A DNA stretch of 64,000 nucleotides, taken from positions 113,276,001 through 113,340,000 of the forward strand of contig CM059431.1 of assembly GCA_030390025.1 (NCBI GenBank), written 5' to 3'. The notes under the pieces were generated by a model that saw only the letters and a list, made by a program, of their open reading frames with translations, had not been told where the DNA came from and made no database searches. A program made the translations under genes and the position numbers. Shown here piece after piece: positions 63,126 to 64,000 of the stretch. Position 1 is the first letter of the stretch, and each line of letters begins with the position of its first letter. Source of the DNA: Squalus acanthias. Its lineage: Eukaryota.

Positions 63126-64000
63126 GGGGTAAAAATTCAGTTGGTTGCGCCTCCCGTTAGCGCCTTAAGAGGGCGTTAATGGGGCGCAAAGCCGCTAACG
63201 CCCGGGCGCAGCAATGTTTGCGCCGCTCGAGAACTTAACTTGAGATTGTGCGGCGGCGCTAAAACTTACCGCTGCGACCACCTGCGTGCGCAGATTGTGA
63301 CGTCATTCCATGGTGCAACGCCCTTGTGGCGCCCCGGAGCGGAAATTGAGTGGCGCCCCCTGCCTTACCGCCTGGCGCTTCCAACGACCGGAAGACTGGA
63401 ACGCTATCAATCGCTGTGGGGCTGGGGGGGGCGCTATTTAAAGGGGGCCTCTTCCTGTCTTTTTCTGTGGTCGACATTTATGCACCACTCGTTCTGAGAG
63501 AGAGAGAGAGATTCGGAGAGAGAGAGAGAGAGACTTCTACATTGACTCAACGCTTTGTGAGGTAGTTTTGCCTATTGATCCTAACTTTGCTGCTACTTTA
63601 GTTGCTGTCCCTCATTACTTTGCTTGCAAAGAGAATATGGGGGCTGCACTGATTGGGGGCGGCGTCCTGCTCCAGCTGAATCGGAGGATACAGAGATGCA
63701 GAGAGAGAGTGGCAATGATGGCCAGACGGAGGAGGGCCATCAGGCGTCTGTACAGGAGAGCTTACCCTCCCAGGGTATATCGTGAACAGCTCTCCTACAT
63801 CCATATGTCCGAGGAGCTGTGTTTGCGAAGGCTGCGATTCAGCAAGGAGGTGGTCACTGAGCTCTGCCACCTGCTGCAGCCAGATCTGCAGCCTCAACTG
63901 AGGTCCAGGACGTCTCTGTCGGTGGCAGTGAAGGTCACAGTGGCTTTGAACTTTTACGCCACTGGCTCATTCCAAGCTGCTGCTGGGGACCTCGCCAATA
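63126..64000 (+). mobile_element. Left end of a transposase-coding Harbinger (parent-like element of MITE family A)
   Basis: TIR GGGGTAAAAATTCAGTTGGTTGCGCC; about 520 bp colinear with the left halves of 24308-25198 and 43465-44358. Confidence 0.92.
63637..64000 (+). CDS. Harbinger (HARBI1-like) transposase N-terminus, open to the window edge
   Basis: MGAALIGG…YPPRVYREQLSYIHMSEELCLRRLRFSKEVVTELCHLL…LSVAVKVTVALNFYATGSFQ; no stop in 121 codons; absent from the ORF track because it runs off the window. Confidence 0.85.
   Translation, partial: MGAALIGGGVLLQLNRRIQRCRERVAMMARRRRAIRRLYRRAYPPRVYREQLSYIHMSEELCLRRLRFSKEVVTELCHLLQPDLQPQLRSRTSLSVAVKVTVALNFYATGSFQAAAGDLAN

Overview
Eukaryotic, repeat-dense non-coding DNA, almost certainly from a cartilaginous fish (shark or ray). 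This rests on an HE1-type V-SINE, SacSINE1-like DeuSINEs and abundant CR1/L2 LINEs. No host protein-coding gene is confidently recognisable. The window is a nested set of mobile elements. (i) Many PIF/Harbinger DNA transposons and their MITEs (GGG-starting TIRs, 3-bp A/T-rich TSDs), including seven spliced Myb/SANT-like partner-gene remnants and a full-length dead transposase. An open transposase ORF runs off the window end inside an element that looks like the parent of two MITEs in the window. (ii) Two Penelope-like families carrying seven minimal type-I hammerhead ribozyme motifs. (iii) CR1, Zenon-like CR1, L2 and RTE LINE fragments. (iv) Long LTRs, one with a putative deleted retroviral interior. 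(v) A 25-bp minisatellite, templated local duplications, a micro-inversion and perfect hairpins that differ in sequence between related MITEs. Family assignments come from motif recognition by eye with no database search, and boundaries without a TSD/TIR are approximate.
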